Shown here: in pieces, positions 15,440-25,412 of the stretch
Position numbering within the stretch: position 1 is the stretch's first letter
Layout of the letters: each line of letters opens with the position of its first letter
UHGV virus genome: UHGV-0267347
Length of the DNA stretch: 27,205 nt
Direction: 5' to 3' (one strand)
Origin: a virus
The notes under the pieces: generated by a model
What the model was told of the DNA's origin: nothing
The model's database searches: none
Seen by the model: only the letters and a program-made list of their open reading frames with translations
Translations under genes and position numbers: made by a program

Positions 15440-16858
15440 TCAGTCAAATAATTTATCGTCTGCCTCATAAGTTTCCTGAAACGTGAGGCTATTTGCATTA
15501 GGAACTGGATCATCTGCGTGTTGAATAATGGTTTGGCTTTTTAAAATGCTTTGCTTGAAAAAGCGTTTGCAAATTATCTCACCGTTAACTGGAAGCCAAT
15601 GCGTGGCCTCTGGAAATAGCGTAGAATTTATAGGGTTTTCCGCGTTTGGGTTATGAAAAATTTCAATTTCTGAAGTCCATGGCTCATAACTATAGGGTTC
15701 CCAAAGACGACGATATTGGTCACTGGCTACATCCATACTGAAGGGGATGCCACGTAAGGCTCCCGCCGAGTCATTAGCGAACTCACCAATCCTTATGTAC
15801 CGGTAGCCTTTGATCAAGGCGCCGGAAGAAACAGGTACTCTGCTCAGCTTGGATAAAGTCGCAGAATTAGAAAAAATAACCGCCGAGAGAGCAATGTTAT
15901 CGTGTGAATTAAACAAACCAGCACGGATTTTGGGGTCGCTTTTGAGGCAGTCGACAGTTTCTGCTACAGCCACAACCTTCCCATCTATTTCTTTTTCTCT
16001 TCCATAAAATCCATAGAGATAGGTAATTAGAGCCTCACGGCTCCACATCATTGAACCGGGAGCGTGAAAGTCCGCGATAGCAATGGCAAACGGCTTTCCT
16101 TCGACATGAGTGAGACTAGTGTAATTCTTGCGCAGTTTATTCCTTAGGGTCCGCGCATAACGTTCAGCCGCAATTCCCGATACCCTGTCTTGTCGGTTTA
16201 AAGGAAACGTCAGAGGTTCAGCCCTGGCATGGTCGTAACGGTCCGATGGATTAACTGTCACAGCTTCAATCCAGGCTTCTCCACCTGACCTGTTTATTAC
16301 GTGAAAATCAGGAGAGGGGTACTCCTGAGTGACTAACAACCCCTGTTCACGGAAACTGGCCAGGAGCATGGCTTCCCAAATACGTGTATGAAAGTTATCA
16401 GTCTGGCACTCTCTTGCCCAGTGAGTATCCGGATTTGGCATTGCAAGATACAATTGATTAAGCATCCATGCGCCAGGTGCTCTACAAGGATGTCCAAGTA
16501 GTTTGAATATGTTACTTGGTTGTCTACCTTCAACATCCCAAAGCGGTGCGCGCCTGCGTGTACCCGGAGGCAAAGGGACGCGACTCGCAGATTCATCGCA
16601 TGCCTCACGTATAATTGTGAAAGCCTCTTCTTCACTATATGAATCTGACTCCCAGCGTAGCACTGCCCATACATCGTCCTCACGACGCCGCATTATAAGA
16701 ATGCCATGCTTTCCGCTGTGACAATTACGTGTCAGTGCACAGACTGTGACATGATCATGACTACCCCAAGCGCTAACTGGAGGATCATCCCCAAATCCCA
16801 GACCTCGGGGAAGCGATAAGGCATATACATCGAATACACAAGACGGAATGGGAGTCAT
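15440..16858 (-). CDS. hypothetical protein (472 aa), unknown function
   Basis: Long ORF, no motif recognised; 5' third more GC-rich than the rest; directly downstream of the 156-aa ORF on the same strand. Confidence 0.65.
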   Translation of the reverse strand: MTPIPSCVFDVYALSLPRGLGFGDDPPVSAWGSHDHVTVCALTRNCHSGKHGILIMRRREDDVWAVLRWESDSYSEEEAFTIIREACDESASRVPLPPGTRRRAPLWDVEGRQPSNIFKLLGHPCRAPGAWMLNQLYLAMPNPDTHWARECQTDNFHTRIWEAMLLASFREQGLLVTQEYPSPDFHVINRSGGEAWIEAVTVNPSDRYDHARAEPLTFPLNRQDRVSGIAAERYARTLRNKLRKNYTSLTHVEGKPFAIAIADFHAPGSMMWSREALITYLYGFYGREKEIDGKVVAVAETVDCLKSDPKIRAGLFNSHDNIALSAVIFSNSATLSKLSRVPVSSGALIKGYRYIRIGEFANDSAGALRGIPFSMDVASDQYRRLWEPYSYEPWTSEIEIFHNPNAENPINSTLFPEATHWLPVNGEIICKRFFKQSILKSQTIIQHADDPVPNANSLTFQETYEADDKLFD

Positions 16859-16962
16859 CGAAAAGTCTCACTTAATGAGCCTAAAGATAGCGGCAAGCAG
16901 ACCATAAAAGACCGGTCCATAAGTAGGTACCTTCTGCATTCGTTAGCGATTTTTTGACTTTG

Positions 16963-17433
16963 CTAGCAGTCAAACCCAACAATTAACTCTTCAGTAATCT
17001 CACTTAAGGAGACTATGCCTTTATATCCAGTTTCAACGTATGGGACCACCCTATCACTCCATGCCTCTTCTGCTTTCCATGCAGTCCAGGGGATCAATTT
17101 ATCGAATTTGCTTTCATGAAGAAATAGTATTGAAATTCTATCATTAGGCACATGTTTTATAAACTGAGTTGGAAAACATTTATAGGCATGTTCTTCCCAA
17201 TGCTTAGTCCCATAACATCTGTAGTCAAAAAAGGAAACACAGTTACGCCGTCTGAAAAAACCATTTGATGAGTTTCCAAATCTTGACATCTGCAATAATT
17301 CCGAGTTTGGGATCAAAGCGCCGGACTGTTTTATGAGAGACATATTATTTTCAGGCGTAACATGGAACACTCTTCCTAAAAGAGCAGGTAATATATCATT
17401 GTGAGATATGATTTTGAGTTGACTGACTTTCAT
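16963..17433 (-). CDS. hypothetical protein (156 aa), unknown function
   Basis: AT-rich ORF, no motif recognised; probable first gene of a two-gene operon with 15440..16858. Confidence 0.55.
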   Translation of the reverse strand: MKVSQLKIISHNDILPALLGRVFHVTPENNMSLIKQSGALIPNSELLQMSRFGNSSNGFFRRRNCVSFFDYRCYGTKHWEEHAYKCFPTQFIKHVPNDRISILFLHESKFDKLIPWTAWKAEEAWSDRVVPYVETGYKGIVSLSEITEELIVGFDC

Positions 17434-17588
17434 ATATCTTGACCATCGAAATATGGATTAGTGCAATACGTTAACATAGCATAATGTCACTAGCGTCTCC
17501 TATTGGCACATAGCAGTCCTAGAGACACTGGCGTAAAGCCATGGAGGATCGGTGGGAGGAGGCGCTAATCCTTTCATACAAAAAATAT

Positions 17589-17686
17589 GTAAAATCAATA
17601 ACGGCTGTAAATCATTCAATACTCGCCCTATCGGAAGTTCACCAGCCAACCGCAGCACGTTCTTGCATACGACGTGGCTGCGGTTT
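17589..17686 (+). repeat. 98-bp direct repeat, copy A (hairpin-containing)
   Basis: gtaaaatcaataacggctgtaaatcattcaatactcgccctatcggaagttcaccagccaaccgcagcacgttcttgcatacgacgtggctgcggttt; about 92% identical to copy B; contains imperfect inverted repeat cagcacgt...acgtg(g)ctg. Confidence 0.8.
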
Positions 17687-17784
17687 CAACTCCCGCCAAT
17701 CATGATTGAGCGATAGTAGAATAGTAATAACAAAAATTGGTAGTTATCAGGCTCAGCAAAACACCAATCGGGTGGTGAGGATAC

Positions 17785-17808
17785 AAAAAAGGCACCCGCA
17801 GGTGCCTT
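17785..17808 (-). terminator. intrinsic terminator (minus-strand sense)
   Basis: aggcacc-cgca-ggtgcct hairpin preceded by AAAAAA on the plus strand (stem + U6 for a leftward transcript). Confidence 0.45.
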
Positions 17809-17869
17809 AAATACTACCCCTTAGCAGCGCACTAAAAATGCCCACGCCTCGTACCCGTAATCATGAGCA

Positions 17870-17974
17870 TCAAGGACTTTTTTTGATTTCCCACGCACCT
17901 TGCGGTAACGGCAGAAAACCCAACGGAACCCTTTGGGCGCCGCTTTTGAAGCAATTGATTTCAAACCCATTCAT
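17870..17974 (-). CDS. candidate small ORF (34 aa) with canonical SD
   Basis: TAAGGAGGTG then 4 nt then ATG; MNGFEINCFKSGAQRVPLGFLPLPQGAWEIKKSP; lies between the ImmA-like gene and a terminator; not in the ORF track (below its size cut-off). Confidence 0.3.
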   Translation of the reverse strand: MNGFEINCFKSGAQRVPLGFLPLPQGAWEIKKSP

Positions 17975-18093
17975 AAAACACCTCCTTACCAAGAGAGATT
18001 TTTCCCTTGAACATCTTCCCTGAAGGTGTTAATTTCAGGCTGTCTATCGAAGCTGTTCACGGTGGTGATGCCTCTTGGATTCATCACCTAAAG

Positions 18094-18129
18094 CCCCTTG
18101 CACTGGTTGGCGCCAAGCAAGGGGTTTTT
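18094..18129 (+). terminator. intrinsic terminator hairpin (strong in plus sense) abutting the ImmA-like stop codon
   Basis: ccccttgc-(15 nt loop)-gcaagggg followed by TTTTT. Confidence 0.5.
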
Positions 18130-18649
18130 ACATTTTGTCTAGCTGATAACGCGCTGCCACTAATGAAACTCCGCATGCCTCAGCAACATCCTCAGCCGTC
18201 ATACCTTTTAAAATACTGGCATGCATAGCTGGCACTAATAACTCACCACTAAAACATTTAGCTTGCCATTCACTACTCTCAAAAGGGCGGATTTTTACCC
18301 CTGGGGCAGAACGAGCAAATGCGATGTTCCTGTGCATAAGAAGATGACCCAGTTCATGCGCGGCAGTCATCCTATCTCGCCCTACCCCATTCAAAGCGCC
18401 TTCGTAAATGTCTTCGCGCAGAATCAATAAATGTTCCTGTGGGTATGTAAGACCATGCGTCTCTCCCATTTCTTTCATACCACCAATGTGGAACTCAAAA
18501 TCCGGGATCAACTGAGGCAATGCGAACTCAATTACCTCCATTACAGGGAATTTAAGCCCAGTAATACCAAATGCGCTCCGCAGAGATCTGACGATAGAAC
18601 GTATTGATTCACGATTCTGCGGAGGTACACGATAATCTTGTCCGCTCAA
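18128..18649 (-). CDS. ImmA/IrrE-family zinc metallopeptidase (COG2856-like)
   Basis: HEXXH motif in AAHELGHLLMH; 173 aa; immediately downstream of an XRE HTH gene. Confidence 0.85.
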   Translation of the reverse strand: MSGQDYRVPPQNRESIRSIVRSLRSAFGITGLKFPVMEVIEFALPQLIPDFEFHIGGMKEMGETHGLTYPQEHLLILREDIYEGALNGVGRDRMTAAHELGHLLMHRNIAFARSAPGVKIRPFESSEWQAKCFSGELLVPAMHASILKGMTAEDVAEACGVSLVAARYQLDKM

Positions 18650-18657
18650 GCCGCCTC

Positions 18658-19017
18658 CTACTGCTGTTTTCGATTCAAAATCTGTCGTAAATTACGGAAG
18701 TCTTCTTCATTTAACTCATCAAAACTACGAGCGAACGCAATTGCGACTTCACGAGCGTGGCCATTCTTACCTGACAAGCTGATCTCTACTGACTGCTGAG
18801 AGTCACGAGCTGCACTGATAAGCTTTTCTTTTTGTTTTTCATCCGCATTAAAATAGCTAATGATGCTATCAAGCACGGGCTTAGTGACCGCCCTTTTACC
18901 AGTTTCGATCGCTGAAAGATAAGACGAGGTCATGCCCATAGCCTCAGCCATGCTTTTAAGCGTAAGCCCCAAGTCTATGCGCATTTTTCTTACTGTCTTA
19001 CCAAACGGCGTTAACAT
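18658..19017 (-). CDS. XRE-family HTH transcriptional regulator
   Basis: N-terminal HTH (KMRIDLGLTLKSMAEAMGMTSSYLSAIETGKR); 119 aa; paired with the metallopeptidase gene. Confidence 0.85.
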   Translation of the reverse strand: MLTPFGKTVRKMRIDLGLTLKSMAEAMGMTSSYLSAIETGKRAVTKPVLDSIISYFNADEKQKEKLISAARDSQQSVEISLSGKNGHAREVAIAFARSFDELNEEDFRNLRQILNRKQQ

Positions 19018-19197
19018 AGTTGCTTCTCCAGTGTGTCAAAGACCTTCAGTACTTCAGGTCTCATTTTAAGTTAACACTCCACAGACATGAAATCAACAAA
19101 ATTCTGTTAATTTTTTTATCTTGCTTAGTTTATGAGTTTACATCTTATGTTGATAGAACTGTTGGTTGGTGAAGAATCATGGGGAAATGAGTCGTAA

Positions 19198-19353
19198 TCT
19201 CTTGATATTTTATGGTATGGAGATGAGCGTCAAAGCTACCATAGCGATGATTTTCCTGTTACCTACACCGCAGATAAGGATTCTGCTAATGCTTTTGTTC
19301 AGGAGACTCTGAAAGATACCTGGGAGTCTGCTGACGAGTGGTTTGTTCATTAA
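19198..19353 (+). pseudogene. 3'-terminal remnant (51 codons, no start codon) of an unidentified gene
   Basis: Open frame bounded by an upstream stop, reading [51 protein letters not shown], protein-like composition, ending 8 bp before repeat copy B. Confidence 0.35.
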
Positions 19354-19360
19354 TTAATAC

Positions 19361-19458
19361 GTAAAATCGATAACGGCTGGAAATCATTCAATACTCGCAC
19401 TATCGAAAGTTCACCAGCCAGCCACAGCACGTTCTTGCATACAACGTGCCTGCGGTTT
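19361..19458 (+). repeat. 98-bp direct repeat, copy B
   Basis: gtaaaatcgataacggctggaaatcattcaatactcgcactatcgaaagttcaccagccagccacagcacgttcttgcatacaacgtgcctgcggttt, followed by a T-run. Confidence 0.8.
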
Positions 19459-19549
19459 TTGAGACCGGTCCGATCATCAAACGAAACATAAAATTAGCTC
19501 ACACTATGAGGAAAAGTATCTTTTTTACTATGTAAATTCAAAGGATTAG

Positions 19550-20419
<870 letters not shown>

Positions 20420-20439
20420 GTCTTTAAGTGATAAGCATA

Positions 20440-20480
20440 AACCGCAGCACGATCTTCTTGCATACGACGTGCTACGGTTT
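20440..20480 (+). repeat. direct repeat, partial copy C (hairpin core only)
   Basis: aaccgcagcacgatcttcttgcatacgacgtgctacggttt shares the 3' hairpin core of copies A and B; lies between the GIY-YIG stop and the pin stop. Confidence 0.7.
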
Positions 20481-21034
20481 CATTTATCTCCGACCGGAAA
20501 CTTCTTATACAGTGTCGATATACCAACATCATAGATGATCGCCACCTTCTGGCGAGGAACGCCTGATGCAATTAATCGTCCGGCCTGCTCCCATTGTTCT
20601 GGTGTAAGTTTGGGGCGACGTCCACCAATTCGTCCCTGTGCGCAAGCTACTTCCAGTCCAGCTTTTGTTCGTTCAACAATCAGTTCACGCTCCATTTCAG
20701 CCAGGGCACCCATCACATGAAAGAAAAAGCGCCCCATTGGGGTACTGGTATCAATTGAATCCGTCAGACTACGAAAGTTGATGCCTCGTTCGCGCAACTC
20801 CTCCACCAGCACGACAAGATGCCGCATACTGCGCCCCAGTCGGTCCAGTTTCCAGACCACCAGCGTATCACCTGCCGATAATGTCCTGAGCAGTTTTTTC
20901 AGTCCCGGCCTTTCGGACTTTGTACCGCTTATCTTGTCTTCAAAAATCAGCTCGCATCCTGCACAGTTCAGCGCATTACGTTGTAGATCTGTGTTCTGGT
21001 CATTTGTTGACACACGTACATAGCCAATAAGCAT
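20480..21034 (-). CDS. pin: DNA invertase, Pin/Gin/Cin-family serine recombinase
   Basis: Start at internal ATG 21034; MLIGYVRVSTNDQNTDLQRNAL...LVVWKLDRLGRSMRHL...GRFFFHVMGALAEMERELI is near-identical to recalled e14 Pin; 184 aa. Confidence 0.95.
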   Translation of the reverse strand: MLIGYVRVSTNDQNTDLQRNALNCAGCELIFEDKISGTKSERPGLKKLLRTLSAGDTLVVWKLDRLGRSMRHLVVLVEELRERGINFRSLTDSIDTSTPMGRFFFHVMGALAEMERELIVERTKAGLEVACAQGRIGGRRPKLTPEQWEQAGRLIASGVPRQKVAIIYDVGISTLYKKFPVGDK

Positions 21035-21088
21035 GGTAGATCTCCCTGACAAAAGCAGGAATGATGCCATTTGCTCGTTATTTCTGCA

Positions 21089-21114
21089 TTTTCATAAACG
21101 TTGGTTTGGGAGAA
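21089..21114. other. 26-bp invertase crossover site (pix/gix-like), site 1
   Basis: Minus-sense TTCTCCCAAACC-AA-CGTTTATGAAAA; inverted repeat of site 2; half-site resembles recalled gix TTATCCAAAACC. Confidence 0.7.
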
Positions 21115-21555
21115 GCGGCAAAACGAAATGTGGGCAACGGGGAAAAACAAATCCCTGATATGTCTTTCTGGACGGTTACTGGTGGCAATGGAAATTTTGT
21201 GATTCGTCAACCTGACGGGCTAATCATTCAGATGGTTACTGTAAGTATAAGCGGTCCAGTGGCGATGAATGGAATGACTGATAATGCTTATGCCATTACA
21301 GGTTCTAATAAGTCTTATATTGCCACAGCCACATTGCCCTTTGTATTTCCTAATAAGGTGCTGGGCGTTATCCCTCTGGTATCAACAACAGCTTATGGTG
21401 GTGTATCCAGTAATATTACAGGTTCATACGCGACTGCGGTTTGTTCTTTTGCCGCTGTCAGGGGGAATAATACGATTGTGTTCAAAGTCGACAAACCACT
21501 GAATGCAGCCTTTCCTTCAGATACCAGCGTCTCAGCGTTAATCATTGGACGGTAA
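21103..21555 (+). CDS. alternative tail-fibre C-terminal variable segment (Sv'), promoterless and start-less in the current orientation
   Basis: Frame is open through crossover site 1 and encodes ...NVGLGEAAKRNVGNGEK...; after inversion it would fuse in frame to the constant N-terminus ending ...[10 protein letters not shown]. Confidence 0.7.
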   Translation, partial: GLGEAAKRNVGNGEKQIPDMSFWTVTGGNGNFVIRQPDGLIIQMVTVSISGPVAMNGMTDNAYAITGSNKSYIATATLPFVFPNKVLGVIPLVSTTAYGGVSSNITGSYATAVCSFAAVRGNNTIVFKVDKPLNAAFPSDTSVSALIIGR

Positions 21556-21557
21556 TA

Positions 21558-22001
21558 ATGAACTCAGTATTCTTTTCACCCGGAAGTAAAAGTTTTTATC
21601 TGCAAGAATTGTTTCCAGAATATGAGGATGCGGGAACGCTTCCTGATGATGTTATTGAAATTACCCGAGAAACATATGAGCAATTTCTTGGGCTGCATCC
21701 AGAAGGGAAAGAAATTGGCGCTGATAGTTCAGGACGGCCAGTATGGATTAATTCCCCACCCCCTTCAAAAGAGGATGAGGTGTTGACGGCTGAAATGAAA
21801 AAAATATCTTTGGTTTCAGAAGTCAATACCTACATCAATACCCATCAGTGGCCTGGCAAAGCTGCTATTGGTCGTCTGAAAGGTGAGGAACTGGCGCAAT
21901 ATAATTTGTGGCTGGATTATCTGGACGCACTGGAACTGGTTGATACCTCCAGGGCTCCAGATATTGAATGGCCTACGCCTCCGGCAGTTCAGGCCAGATG
22001 A
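21558..22001 (+). CDS. tail fibre assembly protein (alternative, Tfa'/U'-like)
   Basis: 147 aa; C-terminal ...[26 protein letters not shown] motif shared with the convergent tfa gene; lies inside the invertible segment. Confidence 0.8.
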   Translation: MNSVFFSPGSKSFYLQELFPEYEDAGTLPDDVIEITRETYEQFLGLHPEGKEIGADSSGRPVWINSPPPSKEDEVLTAEMKKISLVSEVNTYINTHQWPGKAAIGRLKGEELAQYNLWLDYLDALELVDTSRAPDIEWPTPPAVQAR

Positions 22002-22578
22002 CATCCGGCGCGGTGCTGGTATCTGTTACCGTCACCGCGTCAATGTAATCCAGCACGGCGTTAAGTCGGGTTGTTTCTGCCTGCGTCAACTTCCGCCCGG
22101 CCTGTAATTTCAGTTGAATCAGACTAATGGAAGCCATTGCAGCATCAATCAGTGACTGACGCTGTGCTTCTGCCGCTTCGACTGCTGCGCTATGCTGTGC
22201 CTCAGTATCGGTCACCCATTTCTCACCATCCCATTTATCGTATGGCGTTAATGGAGCGATAGTGGTCGTGTTTTCAGGGTAATCACCCGGAGCTGTGATT
22301 TCTTTTGATTCTCCTGTTTCGGTGCTATAGACGATTTCACCGCGATGGTCTGGCACATATTCCCATGAGTTAAAATCTGCAGAACGGCAAATTGCATAAC
22401 CAGCTTTATATGAGCCAGGAGCATCTAAACAGGAACATGCCGGGATACCGACACCCACAGCAAGATATTCAGTTGATGTGGAAATATATTCTCGTGTCTC
22501 ACCATCATAATTGTAAACGGTAATGTCTCCCGCCTTTGTGGTGATGAGTTCGCTATTTAATACAGCTTTATTCATCAT
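21973..22578 (-). CDS. tfa: tail fibre assembly protein (Tfa/U-like)
   Basis: 201 aa; C-terminal ...[30 protein letters not shown] is the conserved Tfa C-terminus; directly downstream of the tail fibre gene. Confidence 0.85.
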   Translation of the reverse strand: MMNKAVLNSELITTKAGDITVYNYDGETREYISTSTEYLAVGVGIPACSCLDAPGSYKAGYAICRSADFNSWEYVPDHRGEIVYSTETGESKEITAPGDYPENTTTIAPLTPYDKWDGEKWVTDTEAQHSAAVEAAEAQRQSLIDAAMASISLIQLKLQAGRKLTQAETTRLNAVLDYIDAVTVTDTSTAPDVIWPELPEA

Positions 22579-23360
22579 GCGGCCCTCACAATATAATTAA
22601 AGGCGATGTTACGTGGACGATTTTCATTTGCTGTTGGAACAACATTTGCCGCCGAGAAGTGAACATCTTGTCGGATTTTTCGGTCATTAGCGTATGTCAT
22701 AGATACGTTGATGTTATTCCGGACTGAGGTACCTCCGTAAAAAGCACCACTCACACTTTGAACATCAACAATTGCATTAATTTCGCTGTTTACGCGCAAC
22801 TGACCAAAACCGCCAGTAATGTTTCGAATAGCATCTCCTTGCGCTGAAAGCAGAGTTCGCCCACTATCCACACCACGTTCATCATCCCAGCCACGAATAA
22901 ACTCACCACGTAAATCAGGCAATTTATTTGTCGGATAAGCCTTTGCCAGTTCCGGGTATTCTTCAGCAGAAAAAGCGGCACCGTTGCATTTCAGCCAGCC
23001 TGTTGGCGGAGTGGCTGAAGGCCACGGAACAGGGACACCAACAGGTAATGCAGAGCCTTCTCCCAAACCAAGGTTTTCGAGAGCCGTTTTCACCGTGCCA
23101 TCCGATTTGATATCGCCAAACGGATTCTTGCGGCTTAACAGCAGCGCGCGAAGCGCGGTAAGTAGCTGGTCGTGCCGCCCCTTCTCCAGGCTGGCACCGG
23201 ACGCCTCCACAACGCTGCAAAGCTCCTCCTGCAACATGTCAAAGTAGTCATCATCCAGATCGGTGGCAGGCGTGCCGGTCTGGGGGTTACCACGGGTAAA
23301 ACCGTTCTTACCCGCGCCGAACTTATCCTTCTGCGCGGTTTTCGTGTCTATACGATGCAT
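22575..23360 (-). CDS. tail fibre protein: constant N-terminus (~98 aa) fused to invertible variable C-terminus
   Basis: Crossover site 2 lies in frame inside the gene; arrangement Sc-Sv-tfa / tfa'-Sv' / invertase matches the Mu G, P1 C and e14 P segments. Confidence 0.8.
   Translation of the reverse strand: MHRIDTKTAQKDKFGAGKNGFTRGNPQTGTPATDLDDDYFDMLQEELCSVVEASGASLEKGRHDQLLTALRALLLSRKNPFGDIKSDGTVKTALENLGLGEGSALPVGVPVPWPSATPPTGWLKCNGAAFSAEEYPELAKAYPTNKLPDLRGEFIRGWDDERGVDSGRTLLSAQGDAIRNITGGFGQLRVNSEINAIVDVQSVSGAFYGGTSVRNNINVSMTYANDRKIRQDVHFSAANVVPTANENRPRNIAFNYIVRAA
23058..23083. other. 26-bp invertase crossover site (pix/gix-like), site 2, inside the tail-fibre gene
   Basis: Plus-sense TTCTCCCAAACC-AA-GGTTTTCGAGAG, imperfect palindrome; encodes the conserved LGLGE junction of the tail fibre. 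Confidence 0.7.
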
Positions 23361-23363
23361 GGA

Positions 23364-23948
23364 TTACTCCGGATATTTAAAAATTACGTAGGTATGCGAC
23401 GGGCAGAGTTTGTTAAGCACACATTCGACAACTGTGTCGCCCCAGATACGCAGTGCGGAATCACAGGGATCGCCACATGTCATCCAGGTGGTGTTGGTGG
23501 CGGCTGGCATGTTGACCTGCCAGTAATACCGCCATTCAGGCGCGTTCACAGCGTCAGTACAGGCCGATGAGCAGGTGAACGTGCTTTTGTCGTATCGCGT
23601 GATGGTGGCATCTGGTCTGCCCAGGGCAGCAAGCTGTGCAAGATAAAAATCCTCGTTGATGCCGCCCGCCAGGTTAACCTTCGCATCCAGCCGTTGCTGA
23701 CGCTGGCGAAGGGTCTGTGTCCCTGCGGGAATACATTCATCCGGCAGACCGCACAGACGCTCCCAGCGGTTTATCAGTTCAGTGGTGGTGCGCGGATCCA
23801 GCTCCCGCATCAGGGCATCCGCACGCTGATGAGCACGAGTTAATGAAGGTGCCGCACCGGCAATCGCCGGATCGCTGGCTGACCACGCCGGACCGGGGGG
23901 CAACAGTGCCGACAACAGACGGATGTAATCATCGTTTGTCACGTCCAT
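23364..23948 (-). CDS. YmfQ-like tail/baseplate protein (DUF2313, Mu gp48-like)
   Basis: 194 aa, same length and gene position as recalled e14 YmfQ, between the J-like gene and the tail fibre. Confidence 0.75.
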   Translation of the reverse strand: MDVTNDDYIRLLSALLPPGPAWSASDPAIAGAAPSLTRAHQRADALMRELDPRTTTELINRWERLCGLPDECIPAGTQTLRQRQQRLDAKVNLAGGINEDFYLAQLAALGRPDATITRYDKSTFTCSSACTDAVNAPEWRYYWQVNMPAATNTTWMTCGDPCDSALRIWGDTVVECVLNKLCPSHTYVIFKYPE

Positions 23949-24997
23949 GAAATCGTCCCCAGAACCGCCAGTTCATTTTTTGCAATGGAGATATTGTCCG
24001 CCGGTGCAAGCAACTGATGGCTGTATTCCCCGTTCGCACCGGAAATCGCCTCACTGATACGCGACACCTTCAGTTCTCCCTGCGGATAACCATCACGCAG
24101 CAGGAACGAACGCAACTCCGCGGTGATGGCGGCTCGTATTTCCGGTGTATCCGGCGTAACGCGGATATGAAAATCCACCGTATGTGCCACCGGCCTGAAC
24201 ACATACAAATCAGAGCCTGCCACCGGAGCCAGTGGCCCGATATGTTGTCTTGCCGCCGTTTCCGTTGATTCTTCCGGAATGGGATTAATCAGGTCGCTGC
24301 TGGCAATCATCACACCGACAGTCCCCGTTCCCATCCAGTGACGGTATGTCCATGCGCGGGTAATGCCGGGCACTTCTTTAGCCCAGACGACATAGTCCCC
24401 GTCAGCCCCGCCCTGCGGCGTCCAGTAATACCGCTCAATGACGCGGGCGCGCCACGTTTCCAGCTCTTCAGTATCAAATCCGCCTGTCAGGGTGTCAGCC
24501 ACACCGGAAGACGGCAGACCATTAACCGGCGTGACCAGGATTAATGCCGTACCGTCGTCAGCGTTACCGACCGCGCCTGCACTTGAGCAGGCGATCGGCA
24601 CGCGCAGGACACCACCGGAGCTGGTTGCATCGGCAGTTGCCGTGTACTGCACCAGGTCATCGCGCTGAATAACACTCCCGGCGGTCACCTTCAGGCCATC
24701 GCTGACACCTTCCCAGCGCATATACCCGCTGGCAGCCGTGGCCCCCTTGCGCGGACACCGTTTCATCGCAGCATGTCGCGCCAGCCAGGACTCATCGCAC
24801 AAGTCAGGCAACATGTTCATTGCCAGATAATCGATGTACCCGTAAACCGTATGCAGCGCCGCCGCATACACCATTGCCCGCACGTCTTCATCCATGCGCC
24901 GGAGCGTGTCGCTGACGTCCAGCCTGGCGAATAAATCGTTACGGAGCATACTGATATTTTCTGCCAGCGTCGGACGCTGAAATTCACTGTCCGCCAT
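23939..24997 (-). CDS. baseplate J-like protein (Mu gp47 / P2 gpJ family)
   Basis: 352 aa; position and size within the baseplate module; call from recalled homology only. Confidence 0.8.
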   Translation of the reverse strand: MADSEFQRPTLAENISMLRNDLFARLDVSDTLRRMDEDVRAMVYAAALHTVYGYIDYLAMNMLPDLCDESWLARHAAMKRCPRKGATAASGYMRWEGVSDGLKVTAGSVIQRDDLVQYTATADATSSGGVLRVPIACSSAGAVGNADDGTALILVTPVNGLPSSGVADTLTGGFDTEELETWRARVIERYYWTPQGGADGDYVVWAKEVPGITRAWTYRHWMGTGTVGVMIASSDLINPIPEESTETAARQHIGPLAPVAGSDLYVFRPVAHTVDFHIRVTPDTPEIRAAITAELRSFLLRDGYPQGELKVSRISEAISGANGEYSHQLLAPADNISIAKNELAVLGTISWT

Positions 24998-25412
24998 GCG
25001 TTATCGCACTCCACAGATCATCAAAAGAAATCATTACCGGTCCGTCACGACGCCAGAGAGTGATACTGTTACCCAGTTCATTAATCCCGGTGCGGCGGAT
25101 ATCCAGATCAATACGGGACACCACGCCATCATCAATCATCCATTGCAGGCATTCGCGGATATACCCCCTTACCGTCTGCACCAGCTGATTGGTCAGTTTG
25201 CTGCGCTGAAGCAGCCACAGTCGGGAGCCGTAACGGTCATTCTGTACCGCAGGCCAGGTATCCCCCCACCATCCCATCGGGACGTCGGCATTGTCATCAG
25301 GTTCAGCCCGCCGCCAGGTGAACATGGAAATCACCACGGCACGGGTCAGCGGATCCAGCGGTGCGCTGGCGCAGGTGCGTTTACCGTTCACCGTCAGCCA
25401 CAGTTCCATCAT
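24984..25412 (-). CDS. baseplate protein (Mu gp46-like / GPW-gp25 family)
   Basis: 142 aa, between the V-like and J-like genes, as gpW/gp46 in P2- and Mu-type baseplate modules. Confidence 0.65.
   Translation of the reverse strand: MMELWLTVNGKRTCASAPLDPLTRAVVISMFTWRRAEPDDNADVPMGWWGDTWPAVQNDRYGSRLWLLQRSKLTNQLVQTVRGYIRECLQWMIDDGVVSRIDLDIRRTGINELGNSITLWRRDGPVMISFDDLWSAITHGGQ

Noticed and set aside
17534-17700. 54-codon ORF spanning repeat copy A
   Set aside because: The same frame is closed in copy B, and inter-copy substitutions are mostly non-synonymous, so there is no coding constraint.
17838-18228. Plus-strand ORFs 17838..18023 and 18007..18228
   Set aside because: No SD, compositionally unremarkable, and they overlap the terminator and the ImmA-like 3' end; a plus-strand non-coding transcript is more plausible than these proteins.
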